Part shown: positions 1 through 7,629 of the stretch, piece after piece
Layout: each line of letters starts with the position of its first letter
How positions within the stretch are numbered: the stretch's first letter is position 1
Source of the DNA: Paracoccaceae bacterium
GTDB taxonomy: Bacteria > Pseudomonadota > Alphaproteobacteria > Rhodobacterales > Rhodobacteraceae
Direction of reading: 5' to 3'
Assembly (NCBI GenBank): GCA_039969355.1
Contig: JBDVOA010000008.1
Span: 42,874-106,873 of the forward strand
DNA length: 64,000 nucleotides
Position numbers and translations under genes: made by a program
Notes under the pieces: generated by a model
Told to the model about the DNA's origin: nothing
Databases searched by the model: none
The model's input: the letters and a program-made list of their open reading frames with translations, nothing else

Positions 1-2
1 CT

Positions 3-1991
3 GCAGAGCTTACCCGCGTGCGCTCCACCCATGGCAACCGCGCGATTTATGCCGGGTCTTACGGCTGGGCCAGCGCAGGGCGGTTTCACCACGCGCAAAG
101 CCAGCTCAAGCGGTTTCTGAACTGTATCGGTGGATATACCGGTTCCAAAAACACGTATTCCTTCGCTGCGGCAGAGGTGCTCGTACCTCATGTCCTCGGC
201 ACCTTCCGCGGGCATTTGGATACAACCACAAGCTGGGAAAGCATTGCATCAGATTGTGACCTGTTCGTCGCTTTCGGCGGTGTGCCTCTGAAGAACGGGC
301 AAATCAGCCAGGGTGGGACCGGCGCACACGTACAGAAAGGCGGATTGCTTGCGGCACACAAGGCAGGCGTCAAGTTCGTCAATATCTCCCCTCTCAGGGC
401 GGACCTGCTGGACCGGGTCAACGCAGATTGGCTGCCCATCCGGCCCAATACAGACGTGGCACTGATGCTGTCGCTGGCCCATGTGTTGCTCAACGAAGAC
501 CTGCACGATCAAGCGTTCCTTGACCGCTACACCGTCGGTTTTGCGCGTTTTGCTGACTATCTGTTGGGCAAAACGGATGGCATTCCCAAATCACCTGAAT
601 GGGCCGCAGACATTTGCGAGATTCCTGCCGACACCATCCGTGATTTGGCCCGTCGCATGGCGCGCAGCCGGACCATGATCTCAACAGCTTGGGCTTTGAC
701 ACGTCAGGATCACGGCGAACAACCGTTTTGGGCGGCCATCGCACTTGCGGCGATGCTGGGGCAGATCGGCCTGCCGGGGACGGGCCTGGGTTTTGGCTAT
801 TCGGCGATGAACAACACCGGATTGAACCGCACGCCAATCCACTATGCGTCCTTTCCGCAAGGCCATAATCCTGTGCCGGATTTCATCCCCGTGGCGCGCG
901 TGACAGACATGCTGGAGACCCCGGGCGGGAAATTCGACTATGACGGCGCGTCTTACGAGTATCCCGACATCCGGCTCGTCTGGTGGGCCGGTGGCAACCC
1001 CTTCCACCACCATCAGGATCTGAACCGTATGCGGCGGGCCTGGGCCAAGCCCGAGACCATCATCGCCAATGAATGGTGCTGGAACGCACTGGCCAAACAT
1101 GCCGATATAGTGCTGCCCTGCACCACGCCACTGGAGCGCAGCGACATCGCACTGACGCCCAAAGACCCCTATCAAGTGGTGATGGACCGCGCCATCGAAC
1201 CCGTGGGACAGGCGCGTGATGATCACGAAATCCTACGTGGCATTGCCGCTGAAATGGGGGTAGAAGAGGCGTTTACCGAAGGGCGCAGCCCGCAGGATTG
1301 GCAACGCTGGATCTGGGAGGTTTCGCGCCAACAGGCCGCAGGACAACGTGTTGAGCTGCCCGGTTGGGAGAGTTTGCAGCGCGACGGCTGGGTCAAGGTA
1401 CCGGTGCCGGACAAGCCCACTGTCATGCTGCACGCTTTTCGCACCGACCCAGAGGCCAACCCGCTCGCCACACCGTCGGGCAGGATCGAAATCTTTTCGC
1501 AGACCATCGCAGACTTCGGCTATGACGATTGTCCCGGCCACCCCGCGTGGATGGAACCGACCGAATGGCTGGGCCGCGCAGCCCCAGATGACCTGCACAT
1601 GATATCCAACCAGCCCCACAACAAGCTGCACAGCCAGTTAGATCACGGCGCGGTCAGCCAGGCTGACCGGCCAAAGGGCGTTGAACCGATGACGATGCAC
1701 CCGAGAGACGCTGCGGTGCGCGGGCTGATCGAAGGTCAGATTGTCAAAATTCACAACGCCCGCGGCGCATGCCTTGCTGAACTGCGGATCAGCGACATGA
1801 TCCGACCCGGCGTTATCCAGATTGCGACCGGCGCATGGCTCTATTCTGACGGCGACCTCTGCCGCCGTGGCAACCCGAACGTGCTGACCCGTGACAAAGG
1901 CACATCAAGACTGGCCCAGGGTCCCGTGGCGCATTCTTGCCTTGTCAAAGTAGAGACTATTGCAGGCAAAGTGCCTCAACAAAAAAGGTGA
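3..1991 (+). CDS. Molybdopterin-dependent oxidoreductase, DMSO/TMAO/biotin-sulfoxide reductase branch (5'-partial)
   Basis: The frame is open from the window edge, and the track start at 18 is an internal GTG. The translation (..IYAGSYGWASAGRFHHAQSQLKRFLNCIGGY.., ..RLVWWAGGNPFHHHQD..) and the length fit this family. Roughly 100 N-terminal residues lie outside the window. Confidence 0.85.
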   Translation, partial: AELTRVRSTHGNRAIYAGSYGWASAGRFHHAQSQLKRFLNCIGGYTGSKNTYSFAAAEVLVPHVLGTFRGHLDTTTSWESIASDCDLFVAFGGVPLKNGQISQGGTGAHVQKGGLLAAHKAGVKFVNISPLRADLLDRVNADWLPIRPNTDVALMLSLAHVLLNEDLHDQAFLDRYTVGFARFADYLLGKTDGIPKSPEWAADICEIPADTIRDLARRMARSRTMISTAWALTRQDHGEQPFWAAIALAAMLGQIGLPGTGLGFGYSAMNNTGLNRTPIHYASFPQGHNPVPDFIPVARVTDMLETPGGKFDYDGASYEYPDIRLVWWAGGNPFHHHQDLNRMRRAWAKPETIIANEWCWNALAKHADIVLPCTTPLERSDIALTPKDPYQVVMDRAIEPVGQARDDHEILRGIAAEMGVEEAFTEGRSPQDWQRWIWEVSRQQAAGQRVELPGWESLQRDGWVKVPVPDKPTVMLHAFRTDPEANPLATPSGRIEIFSQTIADFGYDDCPGHPAWMEPTEWLGRAAPDDLHMISNQPHNKLHSQLDHGAVSQADRPKGVEPMTMHPRDAAVRGLIEGQIVKIHNARGACLAELRISDMIRPGVIQIATGAWLYSDGDLCRRGNPNVLTRDKGTSRLAQGPVAHSCLVKVETIAGKVPQQKR

Positions 1992-2463
1992 ACTGAACGC
2001 TGAACAGCAAAACAAGACTTCAAAATTCGCGTGGGATGACCATAGTACTTGTCCGGCTGGGCGGACCTATTTGCATTGGCTGACGCGCGCCACAAGCAAA
2101 AAAGCTGTCCAAGTCCACTCGGACACGCGTCTCTCTTGTCCGGACATCATGCGACGAAGTGCAGTTTGAATGGTGACGCCGAGACCGGCTGGGGATGACC
2201 GCTTCGACGATTTGAATTGCGACGCCGCATGAACGCCGCTGCATGTGTTGGCTAATGCTGCGTGAGCAACCGCTGCACCAGCAAAGGCAACTTTTGTCCG
2301 CTTAGCACCAGTTCCCCCAACTGCCGGTTCTGCACTTGCAGCGAAAGTCCGGTCCGAGGAGTTGCACTGAAGCGACATCGGGTGCTTGTGGAAGTCCAAT
2401 TGGCAGCGATCCACACCTAACTTCGGGGTCACCCGGGGCGGGCTACCCGCCCCGGCACCGCAG

Positions 2464-2661
2464 TCATTCGGTGACTGGATCGTCATCGCGGCGCGGGAAG
2501 GCGACCATTTCGACGTCGGGGAACATGCTGTGTTTGACGTTGATCGAAGTGATGTTGCCGCGGTCATCGGTGTTGACGAAGAGTACGCCGCAGCGGTCCC
2601 AGAAGTTCTTGCCGTCTTTTTCGCCGGATTTGACGTTCAGTTTCAGAGTTTGAGTAGCCAT
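2464..2661 (-). CDS. Small hypothetical protein (65 aa)
   Basis: A GAGGA Shine-Dalgarno lies 7-8 nt upstream of the ATG, and the composition is balanced and charged. I recognise no family. Confidence 0.5.
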   Translation of the reverse strand: MATQTLKLNVKSGEKDGKNFWDRCGVLFVNTDDRGNITSINVKHSMFPDVEMVAFPRRDDDPVTE

Positions 2662-2982
2662 TTTTTGATCCTCACTTTGAGTGTTTCGATGAACATGACC
2701 AAAGCTGGCACCAAGGGGCTGTCAGCGAGAAACTTGCTTCGCGAGGAATGCGCTGGCGCAGGGGAATTTTCTTGTTGAAGTGGGGTTTGTCCCGCGTCTG
2801 ACACGGCTGCCCGCTTATGTTCAGCAATCAGAAACACGCCGTTGAGGATCTGAGTTTGGCCATCAATCTCTGGGCTGGCCCGTCAAAGCTGGCCTGAAAC
2901 GCTGCAACTACTTTGCTGGGCCTGCAGATTGCGCGCAGTAAATATGATCTACCGACCATAAAACGGAAATATGATCTGCGGA

Positions 2983-4275
2983 TCATACGGCATGAAAGGC
3001 AGCCGCCCGACGTCGTATTCCAGCAACAATGGCTTCCGCCAATAGCTGCGGAAACCCATCCGGCAGGTCGGCTAGTGTCTTGTCCAAGGCGGGTTCAAGC
3101 TCCGTCGCGACGCCCGACAAGACCTCTTCCGCCAGCGCCACACCAAAACCTGCCACCTTCGCAGCCTGCAGGAAATGACGCGGCACCACCTCGTTGATCC
3201 GGTAGTGTCCGTCGACGGCCATCGCGAGGCGCATCCGGTTCTGGCGGATTTGACCGTCATCCACGGCTTTCTGAGCGCTCAGCACATCGTAGAGCGGGGT
3301 CATGCGGAACCCGCCAGGGCGCAATGCGATGCTGAAATTCTTAGCGTGCCCGTCTGTCGCCCCTAAAAGCCAAAACAGCACTTGCGCGCGGAAGAACACG
3401 CGCTGATCCGCCTCGGGGTCATCACTGCCTGTCAGCAACCCGATCCCTTCGGTGATCCCCGGCCCGCCATCCATTTGATATTTTTGGCTGGGTGGGACTG
3501 AGAGCGCCTGACAAAAATCCTCCTGCGGGAGGCGGATCAAGCGGCCATCTTTGGTCCAGCGCCGATCAAACCGCGTCACGACAAGGCTTCGTACGTCTTC
3601 GAAGTCAGTAATTTCTACCTCTGCTACATCCAAACCCATGGCGCGACAGAAGCTCATGCAGAAAAACTCGTTCTCAACACTGTCAGACAAATCAATCCCC
3701 GCTGGTAAAACACCTAGCTGGGTCTTGAAGATATGGGTCGTAGGAGTGAGCCCCGATGGACGGATCCACGCGCCCTCGTGGCGCAGCAGCGCTGTTTTCT
3801 CCTGCGCCCCGGCGATGGAAATGCGGAAGTCGTCTTCCTCATCCAAGCCTAGCGGAGCGCTTGCGAGGTTGCGTAACATATCCGCAATCTGTGCCTCAGA
3901 TACGGGCTCTCCCTCGAGCACGGCAAACTCTGGAATCTCACCCGAGACGAATTGCAAGGCCCCCACGCAATCGCGCCCGATTTTCTCCAGCATGTGCCAC
4001 GCGTCCGTGCCGCCCGCACGCACCCGTGCAGCGACGCGCTCTCGTATCGCCTGATTGTCCGGCAGCAGGTTTTCCAAGTAGGCGATAACAGGGCCGCCCT
4101 GGTGTGCCTCTTCACGCAAAGGCAGTGACTGCGAGATGGGCATGGCATGTACCCATGCCAACCATTCCGGGTCATATGTAAAGCTGATCGCGCCTGAACC
4201 AGCGAGACGCAAAGCCCCCACCGACCGCCCGTTCAGAAGCACTTGCATCGTGCCGCTACGCCCGTGTTTGGCCAT
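2983..4275 (-). CDS. hipA: HipA-family type II toxin kinase
   Basis: The 430-aa product has a typical HipA N-terminus (VLLNGRSVGALRL..FTYDPEWL) and kinase core (..GATDGHAKNFS..). Its start overlaps the upstream antitoxin stop (TGATG). Confidence 0.85.
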   Translation of the reverse strand: MAKHGRSGTMQVLLNGRSVGALRLAGSGAISFTYDPEWLAWVHAMPISQSLPLREEAHQGGPVIAYLENLLPDNQAIRERVAARVRAGGTDAWHMLEKIGRDCVGALQFVSGEIPEFAVLEGEPVSEAQIADMLRNLASAPLGLDEEDDFRISIAGAQEKTALLRHEGAWIRPSGLTPTTHIFKTQLGVLPAGIDLSDSVENEFFCMSFCRAMGLDVAEVEITDFEDVRSLVVTRFDRRWTKDGRLIRLPQEDFCQALSVPPSQKYQMDGGPGITEGIGLLTGSDDPEADQRVFFRAQVLFWLLGATDGHAKNFSIALRPGGFRMTPLYDVLSAQKAVDDGQIRQNRMRLAMAVDGHYRINEVVPRHFLQAAKVAGFGVALAEEVLSGVATELEPALDKTLADLPDGFPQLLAEAIVAGIRRRAAAFHAV

Positions 4276-4520
4276 CAGAAGATATCCTCAATCTCAAGCG
4301 AGCCACCGCGCTCCACCAATCGGAACTCAAGCCCAAGTGCCGCCATGACAGCGAGCACTGTGGCGAGCTTCGCTCCCGCGTCGCCATTCTCGAGCGACGA
4401 AATTGTCGCGACGCGCAAATTCGTACGCGCGCTGATATCGCTTTGGGTCCAGCCGCGCGCTTTGCGCGTCCGGCGGAGTGCCTCGCCGATCTGCTCGGCC
4501 GTTCGTGCTGTGAGGTCCAT
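4275..4520 (-). CDS. hipB: HipB-like XRE-family antitoxin / transcriptional regulator
   Basis: The 81-aa product has an XRE HTH (RKARGWTQSDISARTNLRVATISSLENG). It sits immediately upstream of hipA and is translationally coupled to it. Confidence 0.8.
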   Translation of the reverse strand: MDLTARTAEQIGEALRRTRKARGWTQSDISARTNLRVATISSLENGDAGAKLATVLAVMAALGLEFRLVERGGSLEIEDIF

Positions 4521-4533
4521 GACGTGGCTCCTT

Positions 4534-4603
4534 TTACGGCACAGCGTAAATCAAAACAAATTACGCTGCAACGTAAATATTCAATTTTTACGCCATAGCG
4601 TAA
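4534..4603. promoter_or_regulatory. Three 16-bp palindromic sites (TTACGS-N4-RCGTAA) spaced 27 bp apart; candidate HipB operators
   Basis: The sites are TTACGGCACAGCGTAA (4534-4549), TTACGCTGCAACGTAA (4561-4576) and TTACGCCATAGCGTAA (4588-4603). They lie directly upstream of the hipB start. Confidence 0.5.
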
Positions 4604-4617
4604 CAATCGAGCCGCAC

Positions 4618-5481
4618 TCATGCCTGCAGCCCCGCAGCTCGAACCTGCTCAGGCGTCACCAGCTTCGATGCAATTAAGTCCTCGACCTGCCGGTTGGTGA
4701 TGTGACGACACAGGGGATGGCGCTCGTGGATCCACTCGGTGAGGCTGGCACGACCTTTGGCTTCGGCCTCTCGTGCCTTCTCGCGGTCCGCCTGTATCTG
4801 GGCAAGGCCCTTCTCCCATCGGCGCATCTTGAACCAGTTGTCTGAGAAACAAACCTTGCTGCGCGTGTAGCCGTCACTTTCCTTCGCATAGGCCTTGACC
4901 GCCTGCAGCAGATCATCGGGCTTTACCCCGGCTTTCACGGCGGCTGCGATCAAGCGCAGACTGGTTCGCCGGTCTCGGACCCTGTCCTCGGGATAGGCCG
5001 CCAGGATCTCCTCAGATTCAAGATCTTCAACCTCCTCCACCGCCTCGCGCCTGCGCGTAGGTGGTTTATGGATGGTTTTAGGATGGTTTGGGGTCCACCG
5101 TGAACCCCGTACCCCGTTCACCGTGGACCCGGTACCGGGTTCAGACTGGACGGGGTTCACGGTGACCCCCGTCTCAATGTCGGGCTCAACCGTGGGTTCG
5201 AGCGCGGCCACGCGCTCCAGAACGATGCGGTAGATGACGGTGTAGCCGTTCTTGCATTGTCGCCGCCCGGTCTCGATCAAGATGCCTTCGCGTAGGAAGT
5301 CGATGATGGTGCGCTTGACCGTGCTCTCACTAAGCTCTGTGTGACGCTGGATGGTCCCCTTCGAGCACCAGATGCCTGAGCCGTCATCGCTCGCCTTGTC
5401 GGCCAGGAACATGATGATCTGCTTGCGTGCAGCGCTGCCAAAGCGGCGCTCGGCGCATTCGTTTGCGATGCGCCAACTCAT
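4618..5481 (-). CDS. Island-borne helix-turn-helix protein (winged-helix N-terminus, Pro/Thr-rich linker)
   Basis: The N-terminus of the 287-aa product (..CSKGTIQRHTELSESTVKRTIIDFLREGILIE..) is HTH-like. A decayed paralogue of its C-terminus lies at 20312-20640. Confidence 0.7.
   Translation of the reverse strand: MSWRIANECAERRFGSAARKQIIMFLADKASDDGSGIWCSKGTIQRHTELSESTVKRTIIDFLREGILIETGRRQCKNGYTVIYRIVLERVAALEPTVEPDIETGVTVNPVQSEPGTGSTVNGVRGSRWTPNHPKTIHKPPTRRREAVEEVEDLESEEILAAYPEDRVRDRRTSLRLIAAAVKAGVKPDDLLQAVKAYAKESDGYTRSKVCFSDNWFKMRRWEKGLAQIQADREKAREAEAKGRASLTEWIHERHPLCRHITNRQVEDLIASKLVTPEQVRAAGLQA
5060..5092. repeat. Three tandem 11-bp direct repeats (GRTGGTTT core) inside the HTH gene
   Basis: The units are ggtggtttatg / gatggttttag / gatggtttggg. 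An 11-nt period means each unit is translated in a different frame (NHP / TIH / KPP). Confidence 0.7.
5096..5164. repeat. 14-bp perfect inverted repeat flanking a 14-bp palindrome inside the HTH gene
   Basis: caccgtgaaccccg (5096-5109) is the reverse complement of cggggttcacggtg (5151-5164). The palindrome acccggtaccgggt lies between them at 5127-5140. Confidence 0.75.
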
Positions 5482-5587
5482 TGGATCACCTCACCGGTCA
5501 GAGGCCAGGAAAAAGCCGACTGAGCATTTGCGATACGGCACTGGCCCATGCTAATGTGCAGTGAAAGCTGACAGGCTTTTTCTATTT

Positions 5588-5632
5588 GGCCCCGGTTCAC
5601 AGTTGCCGCTGTGACGGGGCCTTTTTCATTTT
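5588..5632 (+). terminator. Intrinsic-terminator-like hairpin with T-tract (plus strand)
   Basis: The stem ggccccg(gt)tcacag / ctgtgacggggcc has a 6-nt loop and is followed by tttttcatttt. No plus-strand ORF lies upstream. Confidence 0.5.
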
Positions 5633-5731
5633 GAACCGGCGAAATTGGCTTTGAAACTTTCGCTTTTTGTTCACTTTTTGTCAGGGGGTGTTTTGCACCC
5701 TTAAGTCGTTGTTTTCGCTTGCGCTCTTTCT

Positions 5732-5778
5732 GGATTGCAAATCCGTGTACACCGGTTCGATTCCGGTACTCGCCTCCA
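5732..5778 (+). repeat. tRNA-Cys(GCA) 3'-half fragment, att-type direct repeat copy 1
   Basis: The 47-nt sequence ggattgcaaatccgtgtacaccggttcgattccggtactcgcctcca comprises part of the anticodon stem/loop (GCA), a T arm, a 3' acceptor strand and CCA. No complementary 5' acceptor strand (ggcgagt) lies upstream. Confidence 0.8.
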
Positions 5779-6022
5779 ATAAAATCAATAACTTACGTGA
5801 TTTATGGCCGCTGTTTGATTGTAAAACGGCAAGTCGAAGATCCGGCAAAATGATTAATTCCATTTAAAAACAGTTATTTACGAATACTATTGAATAAACT
5901 CAATAGCGGATTTTTCAGTCCATCTCATTCACGATCGGCTCAAAATGAAGCACGAGTCTGGGACTTCATACAGATTTTAAACTATACTGAACGAGCAACT
6001 TCTAACCGAGGCGAACCATTCC

Positions 6023-6637
6023 ATGAACCAGCTCTATTCTAGTCTTATCCACCGGTGCCCCCTACGGACTTCACTTCTCGTGGCTGCGGTTTTTGCGCTT
6101 TGTCTTATTGGGCAAGGCCATGCACAGGCACAAATGTCTGGCGGCGGCATGAAACATGGAATGCATGGTCACGGTTCGGATGGCACCGGACATGACGAGA
6201 TGAACATGCCCGGTCTGCGGGGCCTGAATGCGACGCCCGCAGAAAGCTCCGAGCTCGCGGTGATGTTTCGTAACTTTGATACCATCACCCGCGAAGTAAC
6301 AAACCTCCCGAATGGCATCCGTACTATTACCAACTCCTCGGATGAAGATGTGATGGAAGTTCTGGTCAGCCATGTGATCGGGATGATCGACCGTGTCGAA
6401 TATGGCGATGACCCAATGATCATGATACAAAGCCCGACACTCGATATTTTCTTCTCTCGTGGCGAAGCGATTATGACTGAGATCGATGTAACTGACGAAG
6501 GAATAATTGTAATTCAAACGTCTGGCGACCCCGATCTTGTTGATGCATTGCAGATACATGCAGCCGAAGTCACTGACATGGCCGACCGTGGAATGCACGC
6601 TGTCCATGAAATGATGATGAAGCGCGCGGGGAACTGA
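6023..6637 (+). CDS. Secreted Met/His-rich protein (possible metal-binding), hypothetical
   Basis: A signal peptide (..LLVAAVFALCLIGQGHAQAQ) is followed by MSGGGMKHGMHGHGSDGTGHDEMNMPG, and the C-terminus is HAVHEMMMK. The surrounding DNA is visibly AT-rich. Confidence 0.7.
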   Translation: MNQLYSSLIHRCPLRTSLLVAAVFALCLIGQGHAQAQMSGGGMKHGMHGHGSDGTGHDEMNMPGLRGLNATPAESSELAVMFRNFDTITREVTNLPNGIRTITNSSDEDVMEVLVSHVIGMIDRVEYGDDPMIMIQSPTLDIFFSRGEAIMTEIDVTDEGIIVIQTSGDPDLVDALQIHAAEVTDMADRGMHAVHEMMMKRAGN

Positions 6638-6920
6638 CCCGTATTAGCTTTCTGTTTTGATCTTCGCGCCCAATATTCCGCTTCCAAAAGCGTCGCTCTG
6701 CAATCTTAACTCTAATTACTTACGCGTCCAACTTGCAGGCAGTCCTCCGACAAATACAGGTCGCAAACAGTAGGGGCAGATTGCCTCATTCTTGCTAGTG
6801 CCGGTGTGAAAGCTGACATCTTCAAGAGCATTTTACATTCAACAGCTAACCCACTGATGTCCCACAGTAGTCCTGCGGTTCATTTTATAATAAAACTCAA
6901 TGTTTTCAATGCAATCCTTA

Positions 6921-6967
6921 GGATTGCAAATCCGTGTACACCGGTTCGATTCCGGTACTCGCCTCCA
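6921..6967 (+). repeat. tRNA-Cys(GCA) 3'-half fragment, att-type direct repeat copy 2
   Basis: This copy is identical over 47 nt to 5732-5778 and again lacks a 5' half. Both copies are followed by a related aaatcaatRactta motif. Confidence 0.8.
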
Positions 6968-7034
6968 TTTACCTCTAAATCAATGACTTAGCTTTTGAAG
7001 CATCAAGTGTGACACAAAGTGGGACACACGACCA

Positions 7035-7376
7035 ATGATGCTGTCATCCTATCTAAGCCCTTCAAGACATGGGATTTACTACTTCCGTTGGCCTCTCCCT
7101 AGAACGGAAGGCCATCCAAGAACAACAATCCGGTTGTCCTTAAGAACACGATGCCCAGATCGGGCTGGTGATCTTGCCCGACATCTTGCATCTTGCGGGC
7201 GAATTATTCGGGATTACAGAGACTTGACGCGACTTAGGCAGGACGAAATTAGGTTATTGGTTCAGCGATACTTCAAATCATCGCTCGATCAATACTTGGA
7301 GCGGCTGAACGATACTGGCTTTCCTGATCACTCGTTTGACGCGATGAGACAAGAAATATCGGTCACGCGTTCGTAA
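7035..7376 (+). pseudogene. Tyrosine integrase, N-terminal stump only
   Basis: The 113-aa ORF has the integrase N-terminal arm-domain pattern (..RHGIYYFRWPLPR..RLSLRTR..). No catalytic domain follows. It lies 68 nt downstream of the second tRNA fragment. Confidence 0.6.
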
Positions 7377-7629
7377 GGGTGAGCCCATTACCTTGTTTCT
7401 GCCTAGTGCGCGTAGCCGCTCTCTGTAGGTGCAAAGTGAATTTCGCAACCGCACTGGGTAGCGATGGGAGTTGGAACAGGACATTCGCAGTGTTACCGCA
7501 TGAAACCACGGAGCGATTGAGGGAACAGATGTTCTGCATGCATGTATTCCCGGAACTTTTCTGGCGGTTCCCTGGGGCACATATTGGCCATGGAGCACGA
7601 TAAGTTGCTTTTACCTTCAGTTACTGCAC

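Larger units (their letters stand above)
2464..7376. mobile_element. Decayed tandem integrative-island remnants at a tRNA-Cys att site
   Basis: The evidence is two identical tRNA 3' halves, an integrase stump, a hipBA TA module, an HTH protein and an AT-rich cassette. The left boundary is not defined in the window. Confidence 0.45.

Noticed and set aside
2067-2567. 166-aa minus-strand ORF (and other ORFs in 2020-2840)
   Set aside because: It overlaps the better-supported 65-aa gene. The composition is low-complexity and Ala/Ser/Thr-rich, with no RBS or motifs.
5732-5778. Calling either repeat an intact tRNA-Cys gene
   Set aside because: No 5' acceptor strand, D arm or 5' anticodon-stem strand is present upstream of either copy. 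Only positions from roughly 29 to 76 of a tRNA are there.
5667-6991. Small ORFs 5667-5867 and 6806-6991 spanning the tRNA-derived repeats
   Set aside because: They read straight through the tRNA-Cys-derived sequence in different frames. I take them as artefacts of the repeat.
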